Positions 48,601 to 59,432 are shown, numbered from the stretch's first letter. The stretch: 64,000 nucleotides of DNA from Candidatus Latescibacterota bacterium (GCA_963422735.1 OY730476.1:2816001-2880000), one strand, 5' to 3'. Program-made: numbers and translations. The notes: generated by a model from the sequence alone, not told the origin.

Positions 48601-50211
48601 CTAGCCCCCTTCCACAACGCTCATATACGTGTCAATCGGCAAGTCCGTCACCTTCTGTAGCACTCCACTTGGCCAATAGATGTGCAGCGAATCCGCCCGG
48701 CCCGCCGCACCCAAGCCAAAATGCACGCGCCGGTCGCTGCTGCCCAAGAAGCTCTCGCCGCAGAGCACGTCCCGCCGCTGCCTTTGACCGCCGCTCCACA
48801 ATACGACCTTTGCGCCGATGGCCTCGCGGTTTTTTCCCGCGCCCAACAGGCGCACTCCGAACCAGTGGTGATCAGCGGCCGTCTGGTTGTGCAGCAGGGA
48901 GGGCCGGCCGTTGAGGTTGGTGACGAACAGATCTACGCGGCCATCGTCGTCAAAGTCCCCGACCACCGCGCCGCGGCTAACCGCTGGACCTTCGCCCAGC
49001 TCGACGAGGCGGAAATGGCCGGCGTCATTGGCGAACAAGTGATTCGCTTGCGCGTAAGTCGCGCCGCTGCCGGGGCGTTCGATCTGCGGATATACGTGCC
49101 CGTTGGCCACGAATAAGTCTTGGTCGGCGTCGTTGTCGTAATCAAAAAAGACCGCGCCAAACCCCACGTAGGGAAGGCTGATGCGGCCCAAGCCCGCGGC
49201 AAAGCTCACGTCCGCAAAGGTGCCGTCGCCGGTGTTGCGATAGAGCGTGTTGTAGTCGTCCTCAAAGTTGGTGACCAGCAAATCGCCGTCGCCGTCGTTG
49301 TCGTAATCGCCCCAAGCCGCGCCCATGCCGGCCTGCGCCAAACCCGTTTCCCCCAGCGCGGCATTGGCCTGTAGCCCCACTTCGGTAAAGGTGCCGTCTC
49401 CTGCGTTGCGATAGAGGAAATTGGGCGTCGAGTCGTTGGCCACATACAGATCCAAATCCCCGTCGTCGTCGCTGTCGATGAAGAGCACGGCAAACCCATA
49501 GCCCGGGTCGTGCTGGCTGAGGCCGCTGGTCGCCGTCAAATCGGCAAAAGTGACAGCGCCATCGTTGCGGTAAAACACATCTGGCAACGCGGGCAAGCCC
49601 AGGGGGCCGATGAATACGTCCCGGCCCTTCCACTGCGTCCCCAAAGGCTGCACCGCGGCCGAATCAAAATCCGCGTAATTGGCCACGTACAAATCCAAGT
49701 CGCCGTCCAAGTCTGCGTCGCCCATGGCCGCGCCCGTACTCCACACCGGCAGCACCAACCCAGCGCGGATCGTAGCATCGGCGAATTGCTCTAACCCGTC
49801 GTTGCGATAGAGGATGTTTTCTTGCAGGCAGGTGATGTACAGGTCGGCATCGCCGTCGGCATCGTAGTCCGCGCTCAGCGCGCCCATGCCCCAGCCGTGA
49901 CCCGAGGCACCGGCCGCGGCCGCTATATCGACAAAGCCCCGGGCGCGGTCGTTGCGGTATAGGGCATTGCCACCGCCCTCCCCATTGACCCAGTAGATGT
50001 CCAAATCGCCGTCCGAGTCCGCATCGAGGAGCGCGGCCCCACCCCCTTTGGCTTCGACGATATAGCGCTTTTCCGCACCGCCACCGACGTGGGACCGCTT
50101 CAAGCCCCAATCGCCGGCTCTGTCGCTGAAGGGAGGACCGTCAGCAGGTGTGCAGGCCACCAAGCACAGCGGCAAAAAACCACTCCACTTCAGTCGCGTC
50201 ACAACCTTCAA
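48601..50211 (-). CDS. CRTAC1/ASPIC-UnbV family FG-GAP repeat lipoprotein
   Basis: Repeated DxDxDGDxDL motifs, LVAC lipobox, C-terminal VHFGLG...IYWPSG. Confidence 0.85.
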   Translation of the reverse strand: MKVVTRLKWSGFLPLCLVACTPADGPPFSDRAGDWGLKRSHVGGGAEKRYIVEAKGGGAALLDADSDGDLDIYWVNGEGGGNALYRNDRARGFVDIAAAAGASGHGWGMGALSADYDADGDADLYITCLQENILYRNDGLEQFADATIRAGLVLPVWSTGAAMGDADLDGDLDLYVANYADFDSAAVQPLGTQWKGRDVFIGPLGLPALPDVFYRNDGAVTFADLTATSGLSQHDPGYGFAVLFIDSDDDGDLDLYVANDSTPNFLYRNAGDGTFTEVGLQANAALGETGLAQAGMGAAWGDYDNDGDGDLLVTNFEDDYNTLYRNTGDGTFADVSFAAGLGRISLPYVGFGAVFFDYDNDADQDLFVANGHVYPQIERPGSGATYAQANHLFANDAGHFRLVELGEGPAVSRGAVVGDFDDDGRVDLFVTNLNGRPSLLHNQTAADHHWFGVRLLGAGKNREAIGAKVVLWSGGQRQRRDVLCGESFLGSSDRRVHFGLGAAGRADSLHIYWPSGVLQKVTDLPIDTYMSVVEGG

Positions 50212-53200
50212 GACCCGGTAACCGGCGCAACCTCGACGGTTCCATCCCCGCTCAACCGCCCCCAAATCCCCTGTACTCCCAATAGCAGGCGCATTCCCAC
50301 CGGGACGCCCAGCAAAATGATGAAGGTGGCAAAGAGGATGCCAAAGCCCAAGCTGACGGCCATTGGGATTAGGAACTGCGCCTGGAGGCTTTTTTCGAGG
50401 ATCATCGGCAGTAGCCCAAAAAAGGTCGTCAGGGAGGTGAGCAGGATGGGGCGGAAGCGTGCGGTCCCGGCTGAGATTAGGGCTTCCTCGTGCGGCGTGC
50501 CCTCGCGCAGCCTCTGGTTGTAGAAGGTCAGCAGCACCAGCGAATCGTTGACCACCACGCCCGAGAGCGCGACGATCCCAAAGAGGCTCAAAAGTGCCAA
50601 GTCCAAGCCCATGAGCAGATGCCCCCAAACCGCGCCAATGATGCCGAAGGGAATCGCGCTCATAACGACGAGGGGCTGAGTGTACGATCTGAATGGCACG
50701 GCCAGCAACACGTAGATGGCGAAAAGAGCGATGATGAAGTTGAAGAACAGGCTCTGTAGCGAGTCCTGCTGCTCCTTCTGCTCGCCGCCGAAGCGGTAGC
50801 GCAGATCGGGATAGTCCTGGACCAACGCGGGCAGAAAAAACGCTTCGAGATCGCGGTTGATTTCGTCGGCATTGGCGACTTGGTCATCGACGGAGGCACT
50901 CACCCGCACGACGCGCTGGCCATCGGTGCGCTGGATGGAGGCATAGGCGTGGCCGAGGGTGACGGTGGCAACTTCTGCAAAGGGCACCTCGGCACCCGAA
51001 GGCGTGCGGACGCGCATCGAGCGTACATCGCCTAAGTTCCGGCGCTCGTCTTTGGGGTAGCGCACCATCACCCGCACGTCGTCCGAGCCGCGTTGGAAGC
51101 GCAGGGCTTGGTCGCCGTAAAAGCCTTGGCGCACTTGGCGGGCTAGATCGGCGAGCGTGAGGCCGAGGGTGCGGGCTTGGGGCTCGAGCTGGAGTTTCAT
51201 CTCCAGCTTGCCCTCCTCGAAGCTGTCTTGGATATCGCCGACGCCTGAGTACTCGGCGATTTTACCTTTGACGCGATCGACGGCCAACAAAAGTTGGTCG
51301 AAGTTGGCCGAGGCTAGCTCGACCTCAATGGGATTGCCGACGGAGAACAGCGATGAGGAAAAAACGATGGATTCAGGGCCGGGCACCTCGCCGACCAGTT
51401 GGCGCAGCCGCGACTCGATCTCAGCGCTGTCGAGATCGCGCTCCTCGGAAGGTTGCAGCTCGATGGTAACTTCGGCGAGGTGCCCTTGGCCCCGAGCCCC
51501 AGGAACACCCGAAAAGGAGGAACGCCGAGCCGTGGGTTGGTCGCCGATGTAGGTAAAAACATTGCGGTAGATTGAATCCCCGTCCTCGCGCTCGGCGTCG
51601 AGCTGATCGCGCAGGACGATGGCCTTTTCTTCGATGTGTCGCACGACCTTGGCGGTTTGGGTCGCCGTGGTGCCTTGGGGCATGTTGATCGATATCGTCA
51701 CCCAGTCGGATCCGATATCGGGCATGAACACAAACTTGAGATGACCGCCGGCGACCAGCCCGGCGGTGCACAGCATCAGCGCTAAGGCTAGGGCGGCACT
51801 GGAGATCGGATGGGCTAGCGCCAAGCGCAGCGCGGGTTGATAGGCGTTGCGGATAACGTACTTGAGGCCGCGGTCAAAGAGGACGACGAGCCGGGCGTGC
51901 CAATCGAGCGGGCGTATGAAAACCCTGCAAAAGAGGCGGTTGAGTGGCCCGTGCCCCTCAGAGGATAGGTGCGCTGGCAGGATGAACAGGCTCTCGATCA
52001 GCGACAGCAGGAGCACTGAGATGACGATCACGGGGATAACCGACATGAACTTGCCCATCATCCCCTCGACGAAAAACAGCGGCATAAAGGCAGCAATCGA
52101 AGTCATAATCGAAAACATGACCGGCGTGCCCACTTCGAGCGCACCATCAATGGCGGCGCGGCCGAAGGATTTTCCCTTCACGCGGTGGGCAAAAATGTTC
52201 TCACCGACGATGATCGCGTCGTCCACGACGATGCCCAAGGCCACGATAAAGGCGAACAGCGAAAGCATGTTGATTGAGGCGTCGAAAGGCTCCATCAGCA
52301 CGAAGGCCCCCAAAAAACTTATGGGGATGCCCATCATCACCCAGAAGGCCAGGCGCAAGTCGAGGAAGAGGCTCAGACAGATGAAGACCAGCACCAAACC
52401 AAGGCGGGCGTTGCGGACCAGCAAATCTATGCGACCGCGCAGGATGCGCGCATCGTCGCGAGCGTAGCCAATGTGGATCCCCGCCGGCAGGGTCGGGCGT
52501 TTGTCCTCAATGTACTGGCGGACATAATCGGAGATGTCGAGGGCGTTCTGGTCGCCAATGCGAAAGACCTGAACCACGGCCGCCGGCTGGCCGTTGAAGC
52601 GCGAGATGAGATCGGTATCCTCAAAACCATCGACGACCGTGCCCACGTCTTTGAGCTTGAGGGCGGTGCCGTCGGAGCGGGTGAGGACGACGACCTCTTC
52701 GTATTCGCGTCCCGAGCGCATCAGCCCCTGCGTGCGGAGCAATATCGCTCCGTCCTCGCTCTCGACGCTGCCGGCGGGTAGGTCAATACTCGTGCGGCGG
52801 ACGGCATCGGCGACCTGCGCGAAGGTTAAAGCGTAACGGCGCAGTGCCTCTTCGGAGACTTCGATGGCAATCTCATCGACGCGCACGCCCTTGAGCTCGA
52901 CCTGCGAAATGACGCCGCTGCTGCGCAGGTCGTCGCGCACCAACTCGGCGGCAACTTTGAGGGCCTTCTCCTCGACATCGCCATAGAGAACCACGTCGAT
53001 GGCTTGATTGCGGCGAGTCAGTTCCTTGATGACCGGCTCTTCGATCTCGGTGGGGAAGGTGTCGATGCGGTCAATTTCGTTTTTGATGTCGTCGAGGAGT
53101 CTGTCCATATCGGCACCGCGCTCTAGCTCAATACTGACTGAGCCCATGCCCTCAGAGGCTGTGGAGCGCACGCGACGCACCCCCTCTAGGCCGCGGACCC

Positions 53201-53411
53201 GCTCCTCGATGCGCTTGCAGACGGCGTCTTCGACCTCGGCCGGGGTCGCACCCAGATAGGGCACTTGGATTTGCACCTGGTCGAGCGACATCTCGGGGAA
53301 GGTTTCTTTCTTGGTCTGCATCATGGAAAACAGGCCGCTCAACATGATGAAACCCATCAGCAGATTGGCGGCGACGTGGTTTTTCGCCATCCAAGATACG
53401 GGTGCTTTCAC
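50208..53411 (-). CDS. RND efflux permease (AcrB family)
   Basis: NHVAANLLM, GIVVDDAIIVGEN, GVVVNDS, RFRPILLTSLTT. Confidence 0.93.
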   Translation of the reverse strand: MKAPVSWMAKNHVAANLLMGFIMLSGLFSMMQTKKETFPEMSLDQVQIQVPYLGATPAEVEDAVCKRIEERVRGLEGVRRVRSTASEGMGSVSIELERGADMDRLLDDIKNEIDRIDTFPTEIEEPVIKELTRRNQAIDVVLYGDVEEKALKVAAELVRDDLRSSGVISQVELKGVRVDEIAIEVSEEALRRYALTFAQVADAVRRTSIDLPAGSVESEDGAILLRTQGLMRSGREYEEVVVLTRSDGTALKLKDVGTVVDGFEDTDLISRFNGQPAAVVQVFRIGDQNALDISDYVRQYIEDKRPTLPAGIHIGYARDDARILRGRIDLLVRNARLGLVLVFICLSLFLDLRLAFWVMMGIPISFLGAFVLMEPFDASINMLSLFAFIVALGIVVDDAIIVGENIFAHRVKGKSFGRAAIDGALEVGTPVMFSIMTSIAAFMPLFFVEGMMGKFMSVIPVIVISVLLLSLIESLFILPAHLSSEGHGPLNRLFCRVFIRPLDWHARLVVLFDRGLKYVIRNAYQPALRLALAHPISSAALALALMLCTAGLVAGGHLKFVFMPDIGSDWVTISINMPQGTTATQTAKVVRHIEEKAIVLRDQLDAEREDGDSIYRNVFTYIGDQPTARRSSFSGVPGARGQGHLAEVTIELQPSEERDLDSAEIESRLRQLVGEVPGPESIVFSSSLFSVGNPIEVELASANFDQLLLAVDRVKGKIAEYSGVGDIQDSFEEGKLEMKLQLEPQARTLGLTLADLARQVRQGFYGDQALRFQRGSDDVRVMVRYPKDERRNLGDVRSMRVRTPSGAEVPFAEVATVTLGHAYASIQRTDGQRVVRVSASVDDQVANADEINRDLEAFFLPALVQDYPDLRYRFGGEQKEQQDSLQSLFFNFIIALFAIYVLLAVPFRSYTQPLVVMSAIPFGIIGAVWGHLLMGLDLALLSLFGIVALSGVVVNDSLVLLTFYNQRLREGTPHEEALISAGTARFRPILLTSLTTFFGLLPMILEKSLQAQFLIPMAVSLGFGILFATFIILLGVPVGMRLLLGVQGIWGRLSGDGTVEVAPVTGS

Positions 53412-54655
53412 GGTTGACCTCCTAACCCGTCCGCGAAGCGCACCTGCATACCGTCGGTAACGCCGCTGAGCTGAGAGACGATGATCCGCTCTTCGGGGGC
53501 TATGTCGATATAAGCGAGTACTTCATCCTTGAGTGCGCGCACCACTTGCACTTGGCGGATATTGAGGACGCCGTCGCGGCCTACTGTCCACACGCGATCG
53601 CCTTGACGCAAAGCGACGCGGGGCAGGACGCGGACGCCATCGACGGTGCGGCCGGCAATGGCCACATCGACGAACATCCCCACCGTTAGCGGCGGGATGC
53701 CGTCGGCAATGTGGCCGTAGGGCGCTTCGACCTCTACTACTAAGCGGACCATGCGGCTTTGCGGGTCGAGTTCGCTCTCGGTGCGAACTACGCGACCGCC
53801 CCACTGGTACCGGCGGCCAGCAAAGGCCCCGCTGACCACGGTGCTGGCCCCTTCTCGGCTAAAGACAAAGGCGTGGGGATTGCCCTCGGCGTTGAGACCG
53901 GAGACGGACCCGATGTTAGGTGTGCTAGCCGCTGCGATGTCGATGGGTAGCGGCAAGGTGAACCACCCGAGGTCTTCGTCGGGGACGGGGACGACGATCT
54001 CGGCTTTTTCGATGCTGTATATCTGGGCGATGGCTTGGCCGACGTTGAGATGCTGGCCCACATCGACGCGGGCGGTGCGCACCCGGCCGGCAAATGGGGC
54101 GTACACTTGGGTGCGATCGAGGCGCAGCCGCGCTTCGGCGAGCCGCGCTTCGGCCCCTTGGAGGCCGGCCTCAGCGGCGCGTAGCTGAGGTTTGCGCAGC
54201 ACCAAGTCGGTGGGGGCTTGGTCTTCGGCGTGGAGCCGCTCCCACTCCTTTTCGGCGATGGCGGCTTCCTCGCGGGCCAAGTCGAGTTGGTAACGCACCT
54301 GCGCCACTTGGGCGGCAGCCTGTTGGACGGCGAGCTCGTAGTCGCGAGGATCAATCCGAAAGAGCAGCGTGCCCTTGGCGAAGGTCCCGCCGGGTTTGAA
54401 GTTGGCGTCCTTCCACACCACAATACCCGAGACCTGCGGCACTAGGTCAATCTGGGCGTCGGGGCGCACCGTGCCCTGCCCCTCGACTACGACTTGGACC
54501 TGCTGGAGCGGAGCGGCGATGACTTCGACGAGCGGGCCGGCATAGGAGCGGGAGACGCGCTGGGGCGGCTCGCGCATTGAGGCCAGCAGTTGAAAGGCCC
54601 CAAAGCCGAAGGCGAGGATGAGGACGGGCAAGACTATTTTGAAGACGCGCATCAT
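53408..54655 (-). CDS. RND periplasmic adaptor
   Basis: PQVSG, coiled coil, VYAPFAGRV, GMFVDV. Confidence 0.9.
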   Translation of the reverse strand: MMRVFKIVLPVLILAFGFGAFQLLASMREPPQRVSRSYAGPLVEVIAAPLQQVQVVVEGQGTVRPDAQIDLVPQVSGIVVWKDANFKPGGTFAKGTLLFRIDPRDYELAVQQAAAQVAQVRYQLDLAREEAAIAEKEWERLHAEDQAPTDLVLRKPQLRAAEAGLQGAEARLAEARLRLDRTQVYAPFAGRVRTARVDVGQHLNVGQAIAQIYSIEKAEIVVPVPDEDLGWFTLPLPIDIAAASTPNIGSVSGLNAEGNPHAFVFSREGASTVVSGAFAGRRYQWGGRVVRTESELDPQSRMVRLVVEVEAPYGHIADGIPPLTVGMFVDVAIAGRTVDGVRVLPRVALRQGDRVWTVGRDGVLNIRQVQVVRALKDEVLAYIDIAPEERIIVSQLSGVTDGMQVRFADGLGGQP

Positions 54656-56070
54656 TGCTGAATCTCCGCGTACTGAGAGGCTGCGGTAAAGCCTCCGCCA
54701 AGGGCGAGGTGCAAATCAATGCGTGTATCGAGCCGCTGGCGGCGGACGGCGAGCAGGCGGCTTTCAGCATCAAAGGCCCGGCGCTGAGACTCTAGCAGGG
54801 CGATGAGATCGGAAAGCCCTCTGGTGTAGCGATCTTCGGCCAAGGCGCGCGCAGCCACGGCTTCTTCGGCGGCCGTGGCTAGTGCTCGTTCTTGGTCGGC
54901 GAGCAAGCCTTCGGCATTCAGCGCCGCCTCCACCTCGCCGTATGCCCTAAGTGCGCTCTGTGCGTAGGCAAAGAGCGCTTGCTCGGCAGCGGAAGCGGCC
55001 TGATCAGCGCCGGCGCGCAAGCGCCCGCCTTGCAACAGGGGCTGGGCGATATTGCCCACGAGGTTCCAGACCGAAAAATTGCCATCGAGCAAGTCGCTCA
55101 ACGCGCTCGACGAGCGGCCCGTAGAGGCCGTGAGGCTGATGCGGGGCAACAGGGAGCGTCGGGCCTGGGCCAGCCGGCGGTCGGCCGCGGCGAGGCGGCG
55201 CTCAGCGGCCACGAGGTCGGGGCGTCGGCCCACGAGCTGGGCGGGCAGGCCGGCTGGAATCGAGCCACCGACGGCGGGCAGCTCGTCTCCGACCTCAATC
55301 CGGGCGCTGGGGTAGCGGCCCAAGAGCAATTCGAGCTGACGCAGGGCGGCATTCCTTTGCTGGCGACGTTGGGCGAGGGTCGCTTCGGCCGCAGCCAAGC
55401 TCGACCGGCCCAAGCGCACATCGAGCGACGAGCGCAAGCCGCGGCGATAGCGATCCTCTATCTGCTCGGTGGAGAGCCGGTAGTTTTCAACGGTCGCGTG
55501 CGCTAGCTCAACTTGATGATCCGCTTCGACCGCAGCGAAATAGGCTCGCGCCGTCTGCGCTGCCAGCGAGAGGTGCGCCGCACGAAAGTCAGCGGCTGCG
55601 GCTGCGGCGTCGGCGAGCGCGGCTTGGGCACCAGCACGCAGACGACCCCAGAGATCGGCTTCCCAACTCGCAGTCAGATCGACGCCAAAAGACGTGCTCT
55701 TGGAACTCAAGACTTGGTCTGGGTCGCGCCCAGGGATGGGCAGGCCGACGAAATTCTGTTTGCGCCGCGAGCCATTGGCATTGACGCCGAGCTGGGGCCA
55801 AAGCGGTGCACCAGCCCCCCGAGCTTGAGCTTGGGCCTGGGCGAGACGCGCACCGGCGGCCTTGAGGTCGTAGTTGTGCTCCAAGGCCAATGACACGAGA
55901 CTGTCGAGAGGTGCGGCCCCTATATCGCGCCACCAGTGATCGGCGACTGTATCCTCTGAGGCCCCAGCTATCCATTGGTTTGGCTGGGCCAAATCGAGGG
56001 CTGGATGTTCGGTTTTGGGAGCGGAAGTACAGGCGAGCAGAAACAGCACGGGGAGACACAACGGCCTCAT
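54652..56070 (-). CDS. Outer membrane efflux lipoprotein (NodT/TolC family)
   Basis: LLAC lipobox, SWEADLWGRL, RRPDL..AE, LHLALGGG. Confidence 0.9.
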   Translation of the reverse strand: MRPLCLPVLFLLACTSAPKTEHPALDLAQPNQWIAGASEDTVADHWWRDIGAAPLDSLVSLALEHNYDLKAAGARLAQAQAQARGAGAPLWPQLGVNANGSRRKQNFVGLPIPGRDPDQVLSSKSTSFGVDLTASWEADLWGRLRAGAQAALADAAAAAADFRAAHLSLAAQTARAYFAAVEADHQVELAHATVENYRLSTEQIEDRYRRGLRSSLDVRLGRSSLAAAEATLAQRRQQRNAALRQLELLLGRYPSARIEVGDELPAVGGSIPAGLPAQLVGRRPDLVAAERRLAAADRRLAQARRSLLPRISLTASTGRSSSALSDLLDGNFSVWNLVGNIAQPLLQGGRLRAGADQAASAAEQALFAYAQSALRAYGEVEAALNAEGLLADQERALATAAEEAVAARALAEDRYTRGLSDLIALLESQRRAFDAESRLLAVRRQRLDTRIDLHLALGGGFTAASQYAEIQQ

Positions 56071-56933
56071 GGCAATTCTCCAGGGGAAGCAGCAAAGTCC
56101 GCGTACAGAGCTTCTATTTGTGCAGAGCCGGGATCTTGGTCTAGGACGAAGAAGGCGTAGTGCAGTTCCAAGCACTCGCCGGTGGCTAGCTCTAAGTCGC
56201 CTTCCATCAGCAGGCCCGCGCCTAGCAAGTTTGCGCGGGTAAACCAAGTGACTGGGTGGCGCGGGTTGGCCGGGTGATCCATGAGCGCGACAAAGCCGCC
56301 GCTTTTCCCGCGCACCCCGACCCAACGGGCGCGCTGACCCATGATGTCTGCGTGGCCGCGGCGTCCCTCGCTACAATAGTGGGCTGCCTCGGCAAAAGGA
56401 GGCCCCATGCGCAGTTCCAAGCCCGAGTAGCGCGCCGCCCGAGAGGCCCCCATCACCAGCCGGTCGCCGGCTGGCTCAATGCGCGTGGATATCCGCAAAC
56501 AGTAGCCGCCCGCGGTGCTGTGAAAGCCGAAAGAGCGCGACTCCAGTGCCATGCGCTGATCGCGGCCATCGAGCCAAAAAAGCGACTCGGTCACAGAGGC
56601 CGCTTCCAAGGCCGTGAAGCGATCGTGCTGCTGCACGCCGTGGCTGCCGGCGATGTATTCGTATTTCTTTTTTTTTGGCAAATACCAAGGCCCGCCCCAC
56701 AAGTTCGCGTCGTTGACGTGGACCCAGCCAAAGTACAGCCCGGTGTGCCAAGCGTGGTCGGGCGGGCGATACTCGGTCACGAGCTGGCCGGAAAGCGTGT
56801 ACAGGGGTGCGAAGCAGGGCTTGGGGGATTCGCTGCGGGGCAGCTCCTCGGTGGCGCGGTACAGGGCGAGCAGCCGATCGGCCGCGTGGATTTCAACGCC
56901 GAGGGCGTTTTCTCGCAGTGCAAAGGCGCACAT
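56067..56933 (-). CDS. PmoA-like/DUF6807 family protein
   Basis: KPCFAPLYT..G..VT...PPDHAWHTGLY, DHPANPRHP..WF.R. Confidence 0.65.
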   Translation of the reverse strand: MCAFALRENALGVEIHAADRLLALYRATEELPRSESPKPCFAPLYTLSGQLVTEYRPPDHAWHTGLYFGWVHVNDANLWGGPWYLPKKKKYEYIAGSHGVQQHDRFTALEAASVTESLFWLDGRDQRMALESRSFGFHSTAGGYCLRISTRIEPAGDRLVMGASRAARYSGLELRMGPPFAEAAHYCSEGRRGHADIMGQRARWVGVRGKSGGFVALMDHPANPRHPVTWFTRANLLGAGLLMEGDLELATGECLELHYAFFVLDQDPGSAQIEALYADFAASPGELP

Positions 56934-56935
56934 AG

Positions 56936-57871
56936 CTATTTCTCCAATTCTCGTTTGAACCATGCAATCGTCCGGCCCAGCCCTTCGTCCGGCCCCACGC
57001 GGGGCGTCCAGCCGAGTAGGGAACGGGCCTTGGCAATGTCGGGCAGGCGGACCCGGGGGTCGCCCTGCGGCAGATCGCAAAAGGCGACGCGGCTCTTGGC
57101 CCCGGTCATGGCGATGATCTTGCGGGCCAAGTCCAGCATGGTGATTTCACCGGGATTGCCGAGGTTGACCGGGGTCTTCACATCGGACAGCATGAGCTTA
57201 TAGAGACCAGTGATTAAGTCGCTGTAGTGACAGATGCTGCGCGTTTGCTGGCCGTCGCCATAGACAGCCAGATCGCGACCCTTGAGGGCTTGGACGATGA
57301 AGCTGGGCACGGCACGGCCGTCGTCTTGGCGCATGCGCTCGCCATACGTATTGAATATGCGTGCAATGCGCACGTCCGTGCCGTGCAGGCGGTGGTACGC
57401 CATGGTCATGGCTTCGGCAAAGCGCTTGGCCTCATCGTACACGCCGCGGATGCCAATGGGGTTGACGTTGCCGAGGTATTCCTCGGACTGGGGATGCACC
57501 AAGGGGTCGCCATAGACTTCCGAAGTGGAGGCCAGAAGGAACTTGGCCTGCTTGGCCACGGCCAATCCCAAGGTTTTGTGCGTACCCAACGCGCCAACCT
57601 TGAGGATGTTTATGCCCAGCCTCTCGAAGTCGGCTGGGCTAGCCGGGCTGGCGAGGTGTAGAATGAAGTCGAGCGAACCATCTATGTGGATGTAGTTGGT
57701 GACATCGTATTGAATAAACTGGAATCGCGGATGGCTGAGCAGATGGGTGATGTTCTCGGGCCGGCCCGTGAGGAAGTTGTCCATGCAGATGATTTCGCAG
57801 CCTTTTTCCAGCAATAAGTCGCTAAGGTGCGACCCCAAGAAACCTGCGCCGCCGGTGATTAGCACGCGCAT
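56936..57871 (-). CDS. UDP-glucuronate decarboxylase family SDR
   Basis: [40 protein letters not shown]. Confidence 0.92.
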   Translation of the reverse strand: MRVLITGGAGFLGSHLSDLLLEKGCEIICMDNFLTGRPENITHLLSHPRFQFIQYDVTNYIHIDGSLDFILHLASPASPADFERLGINILKVGALGTHKTLGLAVAKQAKFLLASTSEVYGDPLVHPQSEEYLGNVNPIGIRGVYDEAKRFAEAMTMAYHRLHGTDVRIARIFNTYGERMRQDDGRAVPSFIVQALKGRDLAVYGDGQQTRSICHYSDLITGLYKLMLSDVKTPVNLGNPGEITMLDLARKIIAMTGAKSRVAFCDLPQGDPRVRLPDIAKARSLLGWTPRVGPDEGLGRTIAWFKRELEK

Positions 57872-58021
57872 TATGTAGGCTCCTTTCTTTGCTGGTGGTC
57901 CGGCAATTTGCCGCTCGCTTTACTCCTAAGACAACCTAAAAATGTATTGCTGTCTTAGGCAATTTCCAACCTCGACTCGGAGACGCAATTCTTCCGAGGT
58001 GTGCCGAGGCTCGGCTCGTGT

Positions 58022-58798
58022 CTAAGAGGCCTCCAGCCCCATGCTTTGGTGCTGGCTTTGCAGAGACTCTTGGTATCTCCGTCGGCCTTCCTCATCCACT
58101 TTGCAACCGACGCCTTCGAATACCATGGCAAAAGCCCGGCGGTGGTGCTTCGACGAGCGATTGGGGTCGGCTCGGTGGATGACTTCGCCGTGGTGGACTA
58201 CCGCGTCGCCGGGCTGCAAATGCACCGCGACTTCGTTGGCTTGGTCTTGGGGGCAGTAGTCGGCAATGCCCTGCGAAAAACCCAAGACCGCGGTTCGGCT
58301 ATGCGGCCGGATGCCCTTGCGGTGCGAGCCGGGGCTGTAGCGCAGGCAGCCGTTTTCTTCGCCAACCGGGTCGAGGGCCAGCCAAATGGAGGCGACGTTG
58401 GGCGGCGTGAGGTTGAAGTAGAAATTGTCCTGATGCGGCGGCGTGGGATGCTCGGTCTGCGGCGGTTTGTTGAACCACTCGGGCTGGCTCGCCCGTGCGG
58501 CTTCGCCGATGAGGGTCTGGGCTAGGGCCTTCCAGCGAGGTTGGTCGCGGTACCCGGAGAAGAAGGCGTCGTAGTCGCCCATGCGCTGTAGCTGTTTCAG
58601 GGTTTCGGGCCGGTCTTTGTCTTGGTAGAAGGCGGCCTGATCGGGTAGGGTCGGCACCACTTCGCGGATATAGCGGGCGACCTGGGCCGTTAGGTCTTCG
58701 AGTTCGTCGGGAGGCAGGAAGTTGCACAAGAGAACGAAGCCGTCGCGGTCATAAGCGGCTTTATAGGAGGTGTAGTCGGGCATGATGGCGCTCCTCAA
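58022..58798 (-). CDS. PhyH family dioxygenase
   Basis: FNKPP, TPPHQD, ENGCL..PGSH, HRADPN. Confidence 0.88.
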   Translation of the reverse strand: MRSAIMPDYTSYKAAYDRDGFVLLCNFLPPDELEDLTAQVARYIREVVPTLPDQAAFYQDKDRPETLKQLQRMGDYDAFFSGYRDQPRWKALAQTLIGEAARASQPEWFNKPPQTEHPTPPHQDNFYFNLTPPNVASIWLALDPVGEENGCLRYSPGSHRKGIRPHSRTAVLGFSQGIADYCPQDQANEVAVHLQPGDAVVHHGEVIHRADPNRSSKHHRRAFAMVFEGVGCKVDEEGRRRYQESLQSQHQSMGLEAS

Positions 58799-58829
58799 TT
58801 TTTCGGTCGCTCTGAGTCATTGTAACTAA

Positions 58830-59063
58830 CTGATGTTACGCAACCTCTGCCTTAAGACTCTTACGCCCGCTTGGTGGATGTGCGACCCTGGTGTTCACGC
58901 CAAGCAGGCATCAAGCTTAACCTCTTCACGAAGTGGAGAGACAATGCCCGTTTGAGGCTAGGGCGCTAGGCTGAATGTCCTGCCTAAAGGCCGGGTGAAG
59001 CGCGGGAATGACGACGGGCGGAGCCGCAAGCCGCAGACGCTACATAAGGCTGCGTAACATCAG
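58830..59063. mobile_element. MITE / non-autonomous IS derivative (234 bp)
   Basis: TIRs CTGATGTTACGCAACCT / AGGCTGCGTAACATCAG (1 mismatch); TAACTAA duplicated on both sides. Confidence 0.85.
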
Positions 59064-59105
59064 TAACTAACTTCATCGCAGAATAACAGTCAATTCGATC
59101 TATCC

Positions 59106-59432
59106 GTGCCTTTGGCCGGTAGCACCGTGCTGACCATGATGCACATCCTGCGCGAGAAGGGCTTTGTGGTCTCGGAGCGAGCAGGCCGGTACGATCTCTA
59201 CCGCCCGGTGGTCACGCGTGAGGATATGGGGCGGCGCTCGCTGAGCGAAATCATCGACTCGTTCTTTTTCAGCTCGGCCGAAGTGCTCGTCAGCCAACTG
59301 CTGGACGGCCAGTCGCTCACCGACGAGGAATTGACGGCGATCCGGGCGGAGTTGGACAACCGTGCATTGAAGAGTTGCCCTATCTGTAAAAACTCAAGGA
59401 GCAATTTCACGAGCAAAATGTTGAATTTTTAA
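59106..59432 (+). pseudogene. N-terminally truncated BlaI/MecI/CopY regulator
   Basis: PLAGSTVLTMM.IL.EKGFV...YRPVVTRE...IIDSFF.SS...LV..LL; first helices missing, in-frame stop at 59064. Confidence 0.65.

Noticed and set aside
50212-50628. N-terminal extension of the CRTAC1 ORF (similar extensions on the cmk, OMF, DegT and dipeptidase ORFs)
   Set aside because: Open-frame overlap with neighbouring genes or repeats in GC-rich DNA; starts were trimmed
56067-56933. PmoA-like gene as evidence of methanotrophy
   Set aside because: Soluble family that carries the name only; no pmoB or pmoC present
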